Positions 1 to 10,657 of a stretch of DNA of 64,000 bases are shown here, in pieces (position 1 is the first letter of the stretch; every line of letters starts with the position of its first letter). Below the pieces are notes generated by a model. It saw only the letters and a program-made list of their open reading frames with translations, had not been told where the DNA came from and did not search any database. Location: the NCBI RefSeq assembly GCF_018350175.1, contig NC_058369.1:1490001-1554000 (forward strand), given 5' to 3'. The position numbers and the translations under genes are program-made. This stretch comes from Felis catus (Eukaryota).

Positions 1-1109
1 CCCACACCGGTGGTGGGTCACAGGGCTGGGCACGGTAGGGCCACCCTCGGGGCTCATCTGAGGCTGGCTCAGCGGTAGTGTGAACTGAGGGTGAAGGGTC
101 ACTCCAGAGGCCGTGCTCCCGAGCCAGGGGCCAGGGCAGCTGTGCCTCCCGTGTGGCATGGGCACAGGAAGCAGGTGGCAGCCGTTAGGGGTGCCGGAGG
201 GCGCTAGGGAAATGGCTTCTAGTGGGCAGCCTGCCCTGCTGGGTCAGGGGTCCTGGTGGGAGGGAGTCTGGGGGCGGAGACGGGGGCCGAGATGGGGGGG
301 GGCTAGCATGCCGTGTGCTGGGCCCCTGGGGGGAGCATTTACGTGCTCAGCCAGACTTTCCTCCCGCCCCCGAGATGCCCGGTGGGTCAGGAGCTGGGTG
401 TGAGCCGAGCGAGTCCTGGCTGGGAGCTGACTGTGTTCCCAGCGTAGGCCGGGCACGTCCCAAGGGTGAGCTGTGTGTCTCGGGTGGGCCGTGTGTCAGC
501 TGCGAGTGTCCTGAGTGCGAGTGGGGTGTGTCCCAGGTGTGAGCGGTGGTCTCCCGAGAGCCAGAGCCGAGAGCCCGGCAGGCCCGCCGGGAGCTCAGCG
601 GCCGGGCGCACCTGTTCAGGGTCAGCCGGGTCGGAGGTGTGAGCGCTCAGTCTCGGAGCTGTGTGTCGGTTGTGTGTCCTTGGTGTGAAGGCGTGTGTGC
701 CGCTGGATGTGAGGTGCGGTGTGGGGCATCCGGGTGTGGCCCGTATGGGCTTTCGCGGGGCTCCCCCGGGGGCCGGGTTGCCCTCCGCGCGCTGGACCAT
801 CTGCCCCCACCCCACCCCGTGTGAACTACTTGCTCTGGGGAGGAGGGGGGGGGCGGCTCCGAACTCCCACCCCGCCCAGCTCGGGACACCGGCGGGCGCA
901 GGAAGACGGGGTGAAACCTTTAGAAAATGCTTTGCGAAACAATGCAAAAATGCGTCCTGGTGAAAAAAGTCCTGTGGTCGGGTCTCTACAAAAAAAGGGG
1001 AAGTTCCGCCAGGAGGCGGCCGCGGGGAGGGAGGGAGGCCCCCCCCCCTCCCCGCTCCGGGAAATGCATAGGTGGTGTCAGCCGCGCCCGCGTGGGGGCG
1101 CCCGGACCC

Positions 1110-2888
1110 TCAGATCATCTTCATGGTGAACTTGCGCGCCCCCCCCTGGCCCGCGGCGGCGGCCGGCCCGTCCACCTTGCGGAAGGAGTACTCCACCGAG
1201 AAGCTGTTCTTATGCTGCCCGCGGCCGCGGCTCCACACGAACAGCAGCAGGAAGCAGAAGAGGACGACGCCCAGGAAGGTGATGCAGCCCATGGCGGTGG
1301 ACACCAGGATGCTGGTGAGGTCCAGCGGGAAGCGCGCGGCCGCCTGCGTGTCGTTGCGGCCCTCGCCCGGGGTCCGGTTGGCGGCGGGCTCGGGCTGCAC
1401 GGTCAGCGTGGCGAAGTAGGTGTCGTTGCCGCCCGCGTTGCTGGCCACGCACGTGTACGTGCCGCTGTCCTGCGGGCGCGCGCCGCGGATCTCCAGCGTG
1501 CCCCCCGGCAGCACGCGCGCGCGCCCGGCGCTGGCGGCGGTCACGGCGCGGTGGCGCGGCGTCACCCAGGCCACGGTGGGCGCGGGCTCGCCCTCGGCGC
1601 GGCACTGGAAGCGCACGTCGTCGCCCGCGGCGGCCGTGACGCGCTGCAGCCGCCGCTCGCGGATCTTGGGCTTGCGGCACACGAAGTACTCGAAGAGCAC
1701 GGAGTCGGGCAGGTTGCGCAGCGCGTCGCCGCGGACCTCGGCGGGGGTGGCGCAGGCCGGGAGCCGCCCGTCGAAGTTGAGGGTCTTCCGGCGCTGCACG
1801 ATCCAGAGCAGGCGACAGTCGCAGGCCAGCGGGTTCCCGTCCACGCGCAGCGTCTCCAGCGTGTTGACCGAGTGGAAGGTGCTCTCCTCCAGCGTGGACA
1901 GCAGGTTGTTGGAGAGGTTGAGCAGGCGGATCTGCCGCAGCCCCAGGAAGGCCTGCGGCTCCACCACGGCCAGCAGGGCGCCGGCCAGGTGCAGCTCGCG
2001 CAGGCGGACCAGGTCGCGGAAGGAGCCGCGCGGCACCGTGCTGATGGGGTTGTGGGACAGGTTGAGGCAGGTGAGGTGGGCCTGGTGGCGGAGCGCGGCC
2101 GCCGGCACGGCGGTGATGTTGGTGTGCGTGACGGACAGCGAGGTCAGGTTGAGGCCCTGCAGGCTGCCGGCGGCCACCTCCTCCAGCAGCGGCCAGTTGT
2201 CGATCTCCAGGTGCAGCAGGCCGGGCAGCCTGCGGAAGTTCTGGTCCTCCAGGGCGGCGATGGCCAGGTGGCGCAGCCGCAGGGCGCCCAGGCCCCGCAG
2301 GTGGCCCAGGGACTCGCCCGACAGCGCCGTGAGGTTGCAGCGCTCCAGGGTCAGCTCCTCGAGCGCCAGCAGCCCCGCGAAGGCCCGGCGCGAGATGAAC
2401 ACCAGGTGGTTGTCGCCCACCTCCAGCCGGCGGAGGCTGCGCAGGTCCTGGAAGGTGTAGTCCAGGAGGATGACCAGCTTGTTCTCGCTCAGGTCCAGCA
2501 GCGTGAGGTTGTCCAGGCGCGTGAAGACGCCGGGCGGGATGAGCTTGAGCAGGTTGCCCCGGAGGCGCAGGACGCGCAGGCGCGGCAGGTTGGCGAAGGC
2601 GCCCGGCTCCACGTGCGCGATCACGTTCTCGCTCAGGTCCAGCTCCTCCAGCAGCGGCAGCGCGGCCAGGTCGCCCGGGTTCAGGCAGCGGATGCGGTTG
2701 CGGCTGAGCTCCAGCAGGCGCGTCTCGGCCGGGATGCCGTCGGGCACGGCGGTCAGCCGGCGCCGGGGACAGGCCACCGCGCGCGTCTGCGCCGTGCACT
2801 CGCAGCGGGCGGGGCAGCCGGCGGCCGGGGGCGGCGCCGCGGGCAGGAGCAGGAGCTGCAGGCTCAGGACGCACAGCCAGCAGGTCAT
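1110..2888 (-). CDS. LINGO3: Leucine-rich repeat and Ig domain-containing Nogo receptor-interacting protein 3 (592 aa, single coding exon)
   Basis: Intact [11 protein letters not shown]...KFTMKMI with signal peptide, LRRNT (CPARCEC), LRR array, LRRCT (NPLACDC), Ig domain ([11 protein letters not shown]), TM helix and the LINGO-type MKMI C-terminus. Splice acceptor cctcag|GTG with exon start at 2934. Adjacent to LSM7 as in human. Confidence 0.97.
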   Translation of the reverse strand: MTCWLCVLSLQLLLLPAAPPPAAGCPARCECTAQTRAVACPRRRLTAVPDGIPAETRLLELSRNRIRCLNPGDLAALPLLEELDLSENVIAHVEPGAFANLPRLRVLRLRGNLLKLIPPGVFTRLDNLTLLDLSENKLVILLDYTFQDLRSLRRLEVGDNHLVFISRRAFAGLLALEELTLERCNLTALSGESLGHLRGLGALRLRHLAIAALEDQNFRRLPGLLHLEIDNWPLLEEVAAGSLQGLNLTSLSVTHTNITAVPAAALRHQAHLTCLNLSHNPISTVPRGSFRDLVRLRELHLAGALLAVVEPQAFLGLRQIRLLNLSNNLLSTLEESTFHSVNTLETLRVDGNPLACDCRLLWIVQRRKTLNFDGRLPACATPAEVRGDALRNLPDSVLFEYFVCRKPKIRERRLQRVTAAAGDDVRFQCRAEGEPAPTVAWVTPRHRAVTAASAGRARVLPGGTLEIRGARPQDSGTYTCVASNAGGNDTYFATLTVQPEPAANRTPGEGRNDTQAAARFPLDLTSILVSTAMGCITFLGVVLFCFLLLFVWSRGRGQHKNSFSVEYSFRKVDGPAAAAGQGGARKFTMKMI

Positions 2889-2904
2889 GGTGCGGAGCCT
2901 GGGC

Positions 2905-2922
2905 CTAGGGCCGCGCCACCAT
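2905..2922 (-). other. Upstream ORF (MVARP*) in the LINGO3 5' UTR
   Basis: Minus strand AGG-ATG-GTG-GCG-CGG-CCC-TAG; A at -3 and G at +4. Stop lies 16 nt before the LINGO3 ATG and is out of frame with it. Confidence 0.7.
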
Positions 2923-2989
2923 CCTCGTGGGCACCTGAGGGTTGCGGGGGGGGGGGGTGGTTAGCACGCGTGCGCAAGACGCGGTTATC

Positions 2990-3725
2990 TGCCGTGGGGC
3001 CCGCAGTCCCGCCCCTGGGCGCGCCCCCACAAAACCTGTGCCCGCAGTACCCACCACAGCCAACAGGTGCAAACCACCCAAATGCCCATCAACAGATGAA
3101 CAAAAACGTGCTCCATCCACACGGAACGTCACTCGGTCCCCAGCAGGAGCGAGGCGCCCGCCCCCGCCGCCCCGCGGACGGACCCCGAACACACGGCGCT
3201 CAGGGAGGGAACCAGACACGAGAGGCCACGCGGGGTGTGAGTCCGCGGGTGTGAAACGTCCAGAACAGGCTCATCCACGGACGGGAAGTGGGCTCGTGGG
3301 AGCCGGGGGCTGGGGAGGGGGTGAGGGGTGACAGCTCACCGGGAAGGGACTTCTTTTGGGGGTTGTGGAATGTTCTGGATTTAGATGGTGCTGGTGGTTG
3401 CACAGCTCTGTGAATATACTAAAAGCCGCTGAAATGTATACTTTAAATTTTCTTAATGTTTATTTTTGAGAGAGAAAGGAGTGTAAGCGGGGGAAGGGCA
3501 GAGAGAGAGAGGGAGACATAGAATCCGAAGCAGGCTCCAGGCTCTGAGCTGTCAGCACAGAGCCCGACAGAGCCCGATGTGGGGCTTGAACTCACTAACC
3601 ACGAGATCATGACCTGAGCGGAAGTCAGACGCTTAATGGACTGAGCCACCCAGGCGCCCCTGAAATGTATACTTTAAAAGGGCAAGTTTGTGTTATGTGA
3701 ATTTTATCCTAATAAAAATAAATTG
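2990..3725 (+). mobile_element. Ancient L1M (L1MB/MC-like) 3' end, interrupted by a SINE
   Basis: Motifs cccaaatgcccatcaacagatga, ggtggttgcacagctctgtgaatatactaaaa and gtgaattttatcctaataaa resemble L1M 3' UTR consensus. Confidence 0.7.
3448..3660 (-). mobile_element. Carnivore tRNA-derived SINE (SINEC_Fc-like)
   Basis: Reverse-complement GGGGCGCCTGGGTGGCTCAG head, (CT)n and A-tail. 18-bp TSD tgaaatgtatactttaaa at 3430-3447 and 3661-3678. Confidence 0.92.
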
Positions 3726-4269
3726 CAAGAGAAAACATTTATTGAACTGGAAAAGAACTTCACAAATATAGGTTAAATTTTGGGGTACAGCCCCCCAGAA
3801 CACTTACTGGGTGCCTACTGTATACCAGTCTCCAAACACACTGATGAACAAGGCAGATGTAGACCCCGCCCTCCTAGGGTTCACATTCACCCTGTGGGGA
3901 TACAGGTGGTCTAAATACTCCCCCCTGCCTTCCCCCCCCCCCCCGGAGGCCTTACCAGCCCCCCCCCCCACCCATCTTGCCCTTCCTCAGTTCCCTGTGT
4001 CTACACCGGTCCAACCAGCACATGAAATTACAGGTTAAAGCCCTGTTCGTTGTCTGCTCCCTGTGGACTGTAACCTCTCCAAGGCACTTGTCTTCATCAC
4101 TTCCGGTTTCTCAGAGCCTAGACCCGGCACCTGCTTGATGACCTTCGGGGCTCAGTCAACACAAACAGCAAGACCAGAGAATGTGCCCCGGGTGCTCTGA
4201 AAGGAAGAGTCGGTGATCCCGGGGGAAGGAGGTGCAGCTGGGAAGGTGACACGTGAGCTGAGACCCAGA

Positions 4270-4654
4270 TGTGGGTGGACCTGTGTCCCCCCCCCCAAAA
4301 GACACATGCGGGGCTTAACCCCCAGTACCCGTGAACGGGACCTTGTTCCACTGACCGCTGTCCTATCATAAGAGGGAAACTTGACACACACGGATGCGCC
4401 CAGGGAGTGAGGCCACGTGAAGACCGAGGTGGGGGTTGAAGTGATGGGTCAGTAAGCCAAGGGTTGTGGGGAGCCCCCGAAAGCTGGACGGGGCAGAGAG
4501 GATCCTCCCGTGGAGCCTTCCTTCGGAGGGGACGGGGCCCCGCAACACATTGACTTCAGACTCGGCCTCCGGGGCTGAGAGAGAATAGATTTCTGTTGTT
4601 TTAAGCCACTCCGTTTGTGGTAGTCTGTTGTGACGGCCACGGGAAGCTAACGCA
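4270..4654 (+). mobile_element. MaLR LTR (MLT1B/C-like)
   Basis: ggccacgtgaaga...gatttctgttgttttaagccactccgtttgtggtagtctgttgtgacggcc, typical MLT1 3' end. Confidence 0.75.
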
Positions 4655-5194
4655 GACACAGAGGACGGTCAGGGAAGTGCCCGCGGTGTCCGGGGAAGGG
4701 AGGGCCGGGCTGGGGGAGCAGCCAGTGCAAAGGCCCTGAGGCAGAAGGAGTGAGTGAAGGGGTTGGGGGAGGGAGGCCAGATGGTGTGGGGCGTGCAGGG
4801 CCCGGGGCCTGCCCATCTCGCCTGCTGGCCCTGCCACCCCTTACCCCTCCCCCCACTCTTCTCGGCTGCAGCCCAGATCCCGGGGGTCAAGGTGGGGTGT
4901 GGGTGGGGAGGCTCCAGCCAGATGGCAGGGATGGGGGCTGCCCCGTTAGCCGGTCCGCTATTTTCGGCATCTTAGCAGCTGCAGCCCCCCAGGACTCCCC
5001 CCGACCCCCCCCTCGTCCCAGGAGAGGCTGCCAGTTTCCGCGCCGTCCCCAGAGGCCGGGCTCGGCAGGGGCTCAGGCAGATCCTCGTCGGCTCAACATC
5101 TGTGAGGCCAGCGCCTGCCTTCCTGGGCCCTTTGGGGAAGTGACACACGGAGCCCCCGAGTAACTGCCACCGAACGCTGGGGGAGAGTCACGTA

Positions 5195-5578
5195 ACGGGG
5201 GGGGGGAGAGTCTGCGCTCTGCAGGTGCCATCCAGTGAAGATGGGGTCACCCTGGGGCAAGGCGGCCCTCGTCCAGCCACTGGCGATTTGATGAAGAGCG
5301 GAGATTCGGACGCAGACGCGCGGGCAAGACGGCTCCGTGTCGGCGGATTGGAGGGTGCACCCGCGAGCCACGGGACACCGCAGGTCACCGGTCACCCCCA
5401 AGAGCTGGAAGAGGCAAGGGAGGATCCTCCCCCAGAGCCCTGAGCGGGGGCCCAGCCCGGGGGGGGGGGTCCCTGGAGTTTGCGCTTCTGGCCTCCGGAA
5501 CACGAGAGAACACAGTCCTGTCGCTTTCAGCCGCCTCGATTGTGGCGTTTTGCGAAGGGGGCCTCGGGGCACTGGCGC
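5195..5578 (+). mobile_element. MaLR LTR (MLT1B/C-like), GC-shifted
   Basis: agagctggaagaggcaagggaggatcctccccc...cttctggcctccggaacacgagaga...tttcagccgcctcgattgtggcgtttt. Confidence 0.7.
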
Positions 5579-6639
5579 GAGACTTCAAGAGGGGCCGTGG
5601 ATCCCTGACAAAGACCGCGCGGGAGCAGACGCCGTGGCCACGCAGGTTTGCTGCCTGTCGCGTGAAAGCGCGGACTGGGGCTAACCTACGTGTCCATCAG
5701 CGGGGGAGGAAGTAAGCCGTGACCCCCGGTTGTGGCGGGGCTCTGGGAGACACGGAGGGACCCGCAGAGAAAGGCAGCCGGGGTGCAGTCAGACGGGGCT
5801 TGGAGACAAACCGGCTTGCCAAGCAATCACAGACAGCATAGCCCTGTTCACGGCAAAATACGGGATCACAGAACAGCAAACGGAATTCTCGACTCGGGCG
5901 GACGCGTGAATCCGTGGGCCGGTGTCCCCCCAAAACGCCTGGGGACTCGCACACCGCACGGGACAGCACCGTGAGCGGTGGGAAGGGGGTTGCTCACGCT
6001 CAGCTCACACCGCGAGGAAAGCGAGCATCATCCGGTGTCCGGGATGTCACGGGTCCCCGCTCCCTGCCCCCGGCTGGCGGACGTGGGGAGGCTGTGGGAG
6101 GGAGCGAGCGCTGGCTGGTTGTGCCCTCCCCCTGCCGCTGTCCTTAATTCTGACCTGGGCATTGCAGGGACACGGTCTTTCCCCAAGGCAAACTTCCTTC
6201 TGAGGCTGTTTTTCTAGGTCATTCTCCCCATGTCGTTGCCCTGAACAGCACACGGAGAGGCCGTGTCCCAGGAGGGGACAAGAGAGCCAGAACGGACGGT
6301 CCCCTGTTCAGCTGCCCGACTCACAATTCCGGCAACTTCCTACCTTAAACTAGTCCGAGTGTGAGGTTACTCCTAGGTTCCTGTCCCAGCCTGTGCTGTT
6401 CCCTGTGGTCAAGGGGTAACTGTCCTCTCCCCGGGGAACTGGGGACAGGGCCTCTGACTGTAAGGACTTGGGGCCTCTCTGGCTTTGCCCCAACGAGGAA
6501 ATGGGCGGCATGGCTCAGCCCCCAAACAGATTCCTTGTGCGGGCAGAACTGCCTGCTTGGTTCTTTCTGCAGCAGAGAATTTCAGCCCCCTCGAGTATAA
6601 TTCAGTCCTCCCTGAGGCCCCCAAGGCCCTGCACGACCT

Positions 6640-6800
6640 GCCCCCGTCCCCTCTCTGCCCTCCCCTCCTCCCTCTCTCCCCCTTGCTCACTCTGCTCCAG
6701 CCACACGGGCCTTCGTGCTGTCCCTCCAACACGCCAGACAGGTCCTGCCCCAGGACCTTTGCACATGACGTTCCCTCTGCCTGGAACACCTTCCCTGCGT
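6640..6800. mobile_element. L2 fragment
   Basis: ctctgctccagccacac...ccccaggacctttgcacatgacgttccctctgcctggaac, a common L2 motif. Confidence 0.6.
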
Positions 6801-6885
6801 GGCTCTCTCCCTGACTTTATTTGGGTCTCACCCCTAATGTCACTCCCCTGGTGACTCTCTGTACTACAGTCCCCATCCTCGTCTA

Positions 6886-6969
6886 TTTTTTTTAAGCACA
6901 CTCCACACCCAAAGCGGGGCTCAAACTCGAGAGTTGCACGCTCCACTGACGGAGCCAGCCAGGTGCCCC
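6886..6969 (-). mobile_element. Short carnivore SINE
   Basis: Poly-T tail, gcggggctcaaactc and gagccagccaggtgcccc (reverse of the SINE head). Confidence 0.65.
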
Positions 6970-8934
6970 CTTCCTAGTCTCTCTAAATGCTATTAAACCC
7001 TTGTTTATTGCTGGTCTCCCGTCAGCCGGACTGTGAACCTCCCCCTCCTCCTCCTCAGGGCAAACGCCTCTGCTCTGTGCCAGCCCTGGGGTCAGGGCTC
7101 CACCTGGATGGTCCCACAACAACCGCATGGGGAGGGGGGACACGCTGCTGTCACCTTAACTTTACAGACAGGAACACTGAGGCTCAAAGCAACCCAAGTC
7201 ACCTGCTCTGGTCCACACAGCACATCAGAGGTAGCAGGGGACGGTCTCGGGTGAAGCCGGCTACGATTTGCAACACGGCTCTCCTGGTCCTGGTTTTTAA
7301 GAATTTTTTAATTGAGTATAGTTGACATACAACGTTACCTTAGCTTCGGGGATGTCCTTAAGAATGACTTCTGCTGTCACCTCTGGAGACACCATAACGC
7401 TGTTTCCCCTCATTCACTGCCTCTGTCCACCAGTCAGTCAACAAACACCTACCATGTGGGGAACATCTTCCAGGTCCGGGGGACACGGAGCACGGAAGAC
7501 CGAGAGCTCGCTTTCTCGGAGCCGAACGATATCAAAGGAGGTAAATGCACGCGCCCTCTCCCGCCTCCCGGGGCCGCCGGCGGAGAAACGTATATCCAGG
7601 GAAGGGACGGCGTGGCGAGGGGGCTGCGAAGATCTAATCTACCGAGAGAGGAATGTTCCATCAGAGACCGAGCAGATGGCTCAGGGGGGGCGGTCGGGTG
7701 GAGGGCACATCAGGGGCAAACGCCGCGAGCGGGGGCCGCGTGGTCCAGGCAAGGCGCTGAGGCCAGAGAGGAGGGCGGCCTGTTTAAAAATTTTAAGTTG
7801 TTTTTAAGTTGGAAAGAATTCTCAAAAATTAGCCGGCACAGGATACGGGTAAGGACGAAATCTGGAAGGAGGGCATCAGGCGACGAGAGGTCGGCCCGGC
7901 TTCTACGGTACAGCAGGTGCTGTCCGTCCCCGCCCCTCGTGACCTGTGATGAGCAGTGCACCCTCTCTGTGCCCTGCCCGTCACAGGAGCGGGGCCGCCC
8001 AAGCTGGGACCCAGCTCGTCACCCGAAACCTCCTCTCAGGCGCGCGGCCTCGTCGTCGTCTCCACGGGGGCGGGGGCGCGGGGGGCCGGAGCTTCTGACG
8101 CCTCCCCCGGAGGTCCTGGGTACCCCCTGTGTCTGTCGCTCTCGGATGGTCGAAGGGCTGGGCACCCCGGGAAGGAAGGGCCCCTCTGCAGACCGGTTTC
8201 CTCTCCCGGGGCCTCAGGGCGGCGTCAGGAGGCCGGGACCCTGGGTTCCCTCTCCGGTAGAGGTCTGGACTCGGGTCCTGCCTCTGCGGGGTCGTTAGGG
8301 CCCGGGGCCCGTTCCCTGCGGGAGGCGAGAGGGTCAGCAGAGCAGATGCTGCAGGAAGGGCGGGCCAGGGCACAGGCGGGGCGGTGGGACCGCTTCACCA
8401 TTCTCTGCCCCCCGGGGCCGCGGCCCTGGGGGAGGTGACGCCTACCTGCGCCCAGACTCTGCGTCCCCGCCCTGCCCAGCACCTGGCACCCACCTGGGGC
8501 CCTTCCTCCCGGCTGCCCAGACTAACTGTCACTGTTAGCTGATGACCCTGGTTTTGTGTCTCGGGCAGCACGTCTCCCCTGAGCTCCAGTCCTGGGGACC
8601 CGGCCACATGCCCGACCTCTCCGGCGGGGGGGGGGGTGCAGCACCCAGGCAATGGGGAGCCGTCCCTGCTCCACCCCCCTGCCCCGCCTCCCGCACAAGC
8701 TGGGATCGTGGCAACCCCCCGCCCCCAGCCAATCCGTCAGCAGGTGCCGTGAGCCCCACCTCCGAGCACATCCCAGCTCCCCCTCGCTCTGGATCTCCTA
8801 TCACTGCTGGGCCACCGCCAACCCACTGCAGGCCAGCTCACACCTGAGCTCTCAACAGACGTCCTCTGCGGCCTCAGGGTTCCCATCTGCACAATGACAC
8901 CGGGGGATGTGGGAGGGTTGGATGACAGCCGTCA

Positions 8935-9090
8935 CCACTGAGGGGTGACGTCATTCTCCGGGGGGCCGTCCCAGCCACTGCGGGGTGTTCAGCAGCGTCC
9001 CCGGCCCCCACCCGCTCGACGCCAGGGGCATCGCCAGTCATGACAACCACAGATGTCCCCAGACGGGGAGGCAGGACCACCCCAGGTGAC
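8935..9090. mobile_element. MER20-like hAT MITE
   Basis: ggggtgttcagcagcgtccc...ccagtcatgacaaccacagatgtccccagac. Confidence 0.6.
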
Positions 9091-9849
9091 AGCCCCATCT
9101 ACGGATGCGCGGCACACGGCAGGCGCGCACCTGACGCCCCGGGAGGAAGTGAACTGATTATCAGCCTGTGTTACAGACGGGAGAGCAGAGGCCCAGAGAG
9201 GGGAAGCCACCCGGCCAGGGCCACAGAGCAGGTGACAAGCAGATCCAAGACTCGAGCCCACGCCCCGTTCTCCACGGCTCTCCCAGGGTCAGGGGACCCC
9301 CGTCCTCCACAGAACCATGACCTCGGTCAGCTCTGCAGACCCAGGGGCCTGCCCTGAGCCAGCCGGGCAGGACGGTGGGGCCCCCGGGACCGCAGCCCCT
9401 CCTCCCACACCGCACAAAGCTTTGGGGTCGGCGAGCCCGGGCGCCGGGATGAGGGCCGAAGGGCATTTCCTCCCCGCTGTGGCCAGGTGACGGGAGCCCC
9501 TCCCCGCTGCAGATCTAGGGCCTCTGCCACCCCGTTTTCCAGCCGGGCGAGCACTCAGGGGGCTGGTCGCCGGAACCTCCCCGCCCTTCTTCCCACCTAA
9601 ATGCAAATCCCTCGGGGGCCGAGCCATCCCGGCCCCGCGTCCAGTGGGCAGGTGACTTGTGTTGCAAGGACAGAGTGTCACTGCCATGACCAGGCCCTCT
9701 GCAGGGCGGCTGCGGTCACCGTGGACGGGGGTCTGGGGCGTGGAGACACCCAGCTACCCAGTCACCCTGTGTGTCCATCTCTCCTCCTGAAACCTACCGT
9801 GTGGCAGGTCCCGACCGGGGCTGGGCCTTTGTGGCCGCATGTGTCCCGT

Positions 9850-10050
9850 TTCAAGTTTTTAACTCAGCGTCTTTAGTTCCCTCACGGTGTCGTGCAACCA
9901 TCACCTCTCTGCAATTCCAGAACATTCCATCTCCCCAAAAGGAATCCCCGTCCTCATCAGCCATCACCTCCGCCCCCCTCCCCAGCCCCCACGTTTCGCA
10001 CACGTGGACTCACACCCCGCGTGGCCTCTCGTGTCCCGTTCCCTCCCGGG
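9850..10050 (-). mobile_element. Ancient L1M 3' fragment
   Basis: gtgcaaccatcacctctctgcaattccagaacattccatctccccaaaaggaatcccc, a reverse L1MB-like 3' UTR motif. Confidence 0.65.
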
Positions 10051-10214
10051 GCGTCGTGTTGGGGGGACAAGCAGACAGGAATCGTGAAAATGGTTACCGG
10101 CAGCAGGATGGTTTGGGAAAAGTGGGGGGTCTGTTACGGTCTGATGCTTGGTCCCACAAGGCCTGGGGAGGCCTCGCCGAGTTGACCTGAACGGGAGGGC
10201 TGGAGGAACAGCCA

Positions 10215-10657
10215 CTCCTACGATGCCTATATCCTGCTCCCTGGAACCCCTGAATGTCGCCCTACTCCCTGGAACCCATGAATGTCGCCCTAGGTGGCCA
10301 CCAGGATCCCGTTTGCCATTGACCTTAAGGATACCGTTGAGCTGACCTCAAGATGGGGAGACTGTCCCAGACGACTGGGGGGGGCCCAGCATCCCCACGA
10401 GGTCCCCACGAGAGCGAGGCAGAGAGCCAGGCAGACCTCGCACCGCCGGCCGTGAGGAAGGAGGGGCCGTGGGCCCAGGATGCGGCGCCTCTGGAAGCCG
10501 GAAAAGGGGGGAGACGGGGCTCCCTGGGGCCCCGGGGGCAACCGGCCCTGCCCACGCCTGGGTCTTAGGACTTCTGAGCCCAGAGCTGTCAGAGAACCAG
10601 CGTGTGTGGTTTTAAGCCCTAGGTTGGTGGCCGTTTGTGACAGTGGCCCGGGAGAGG
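10215..10657 (+). mobile_element. MaLR LTR (MLT1D-like) with an internal 28-bp tandem duplication
   Basis: ctccctggaaccc(c/a)tgaatgtcgcccta occurs twice at about 10237-10292; also caagatggggagact and gtggttttaagccctaggttggtggccgtttgtgacag. Confidence 0.7.

Noticed and set aside
927..3254. 775-aa plus-strand ORF (and the 554-aa and 346-aa ORFs) overlapping LINGO3
   Set aside because: Antisense and alternative-frame shadows of a CDS with extreme GC3. They have low-complexity composition and no independent promoter or domain.
3448..3660. tRNA-like A/B boxes in SINE heads (here and in other copies)
   Set aside because: These are tRNA-derived SINEs, not tRNA genes.
7312..8298. 328-aa plus-strand ORF in the LINGO3 intron
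   Set aside because: Non-ATG start, runs through old L1/L2-like fragments, and has no recognisable motif or splice context.
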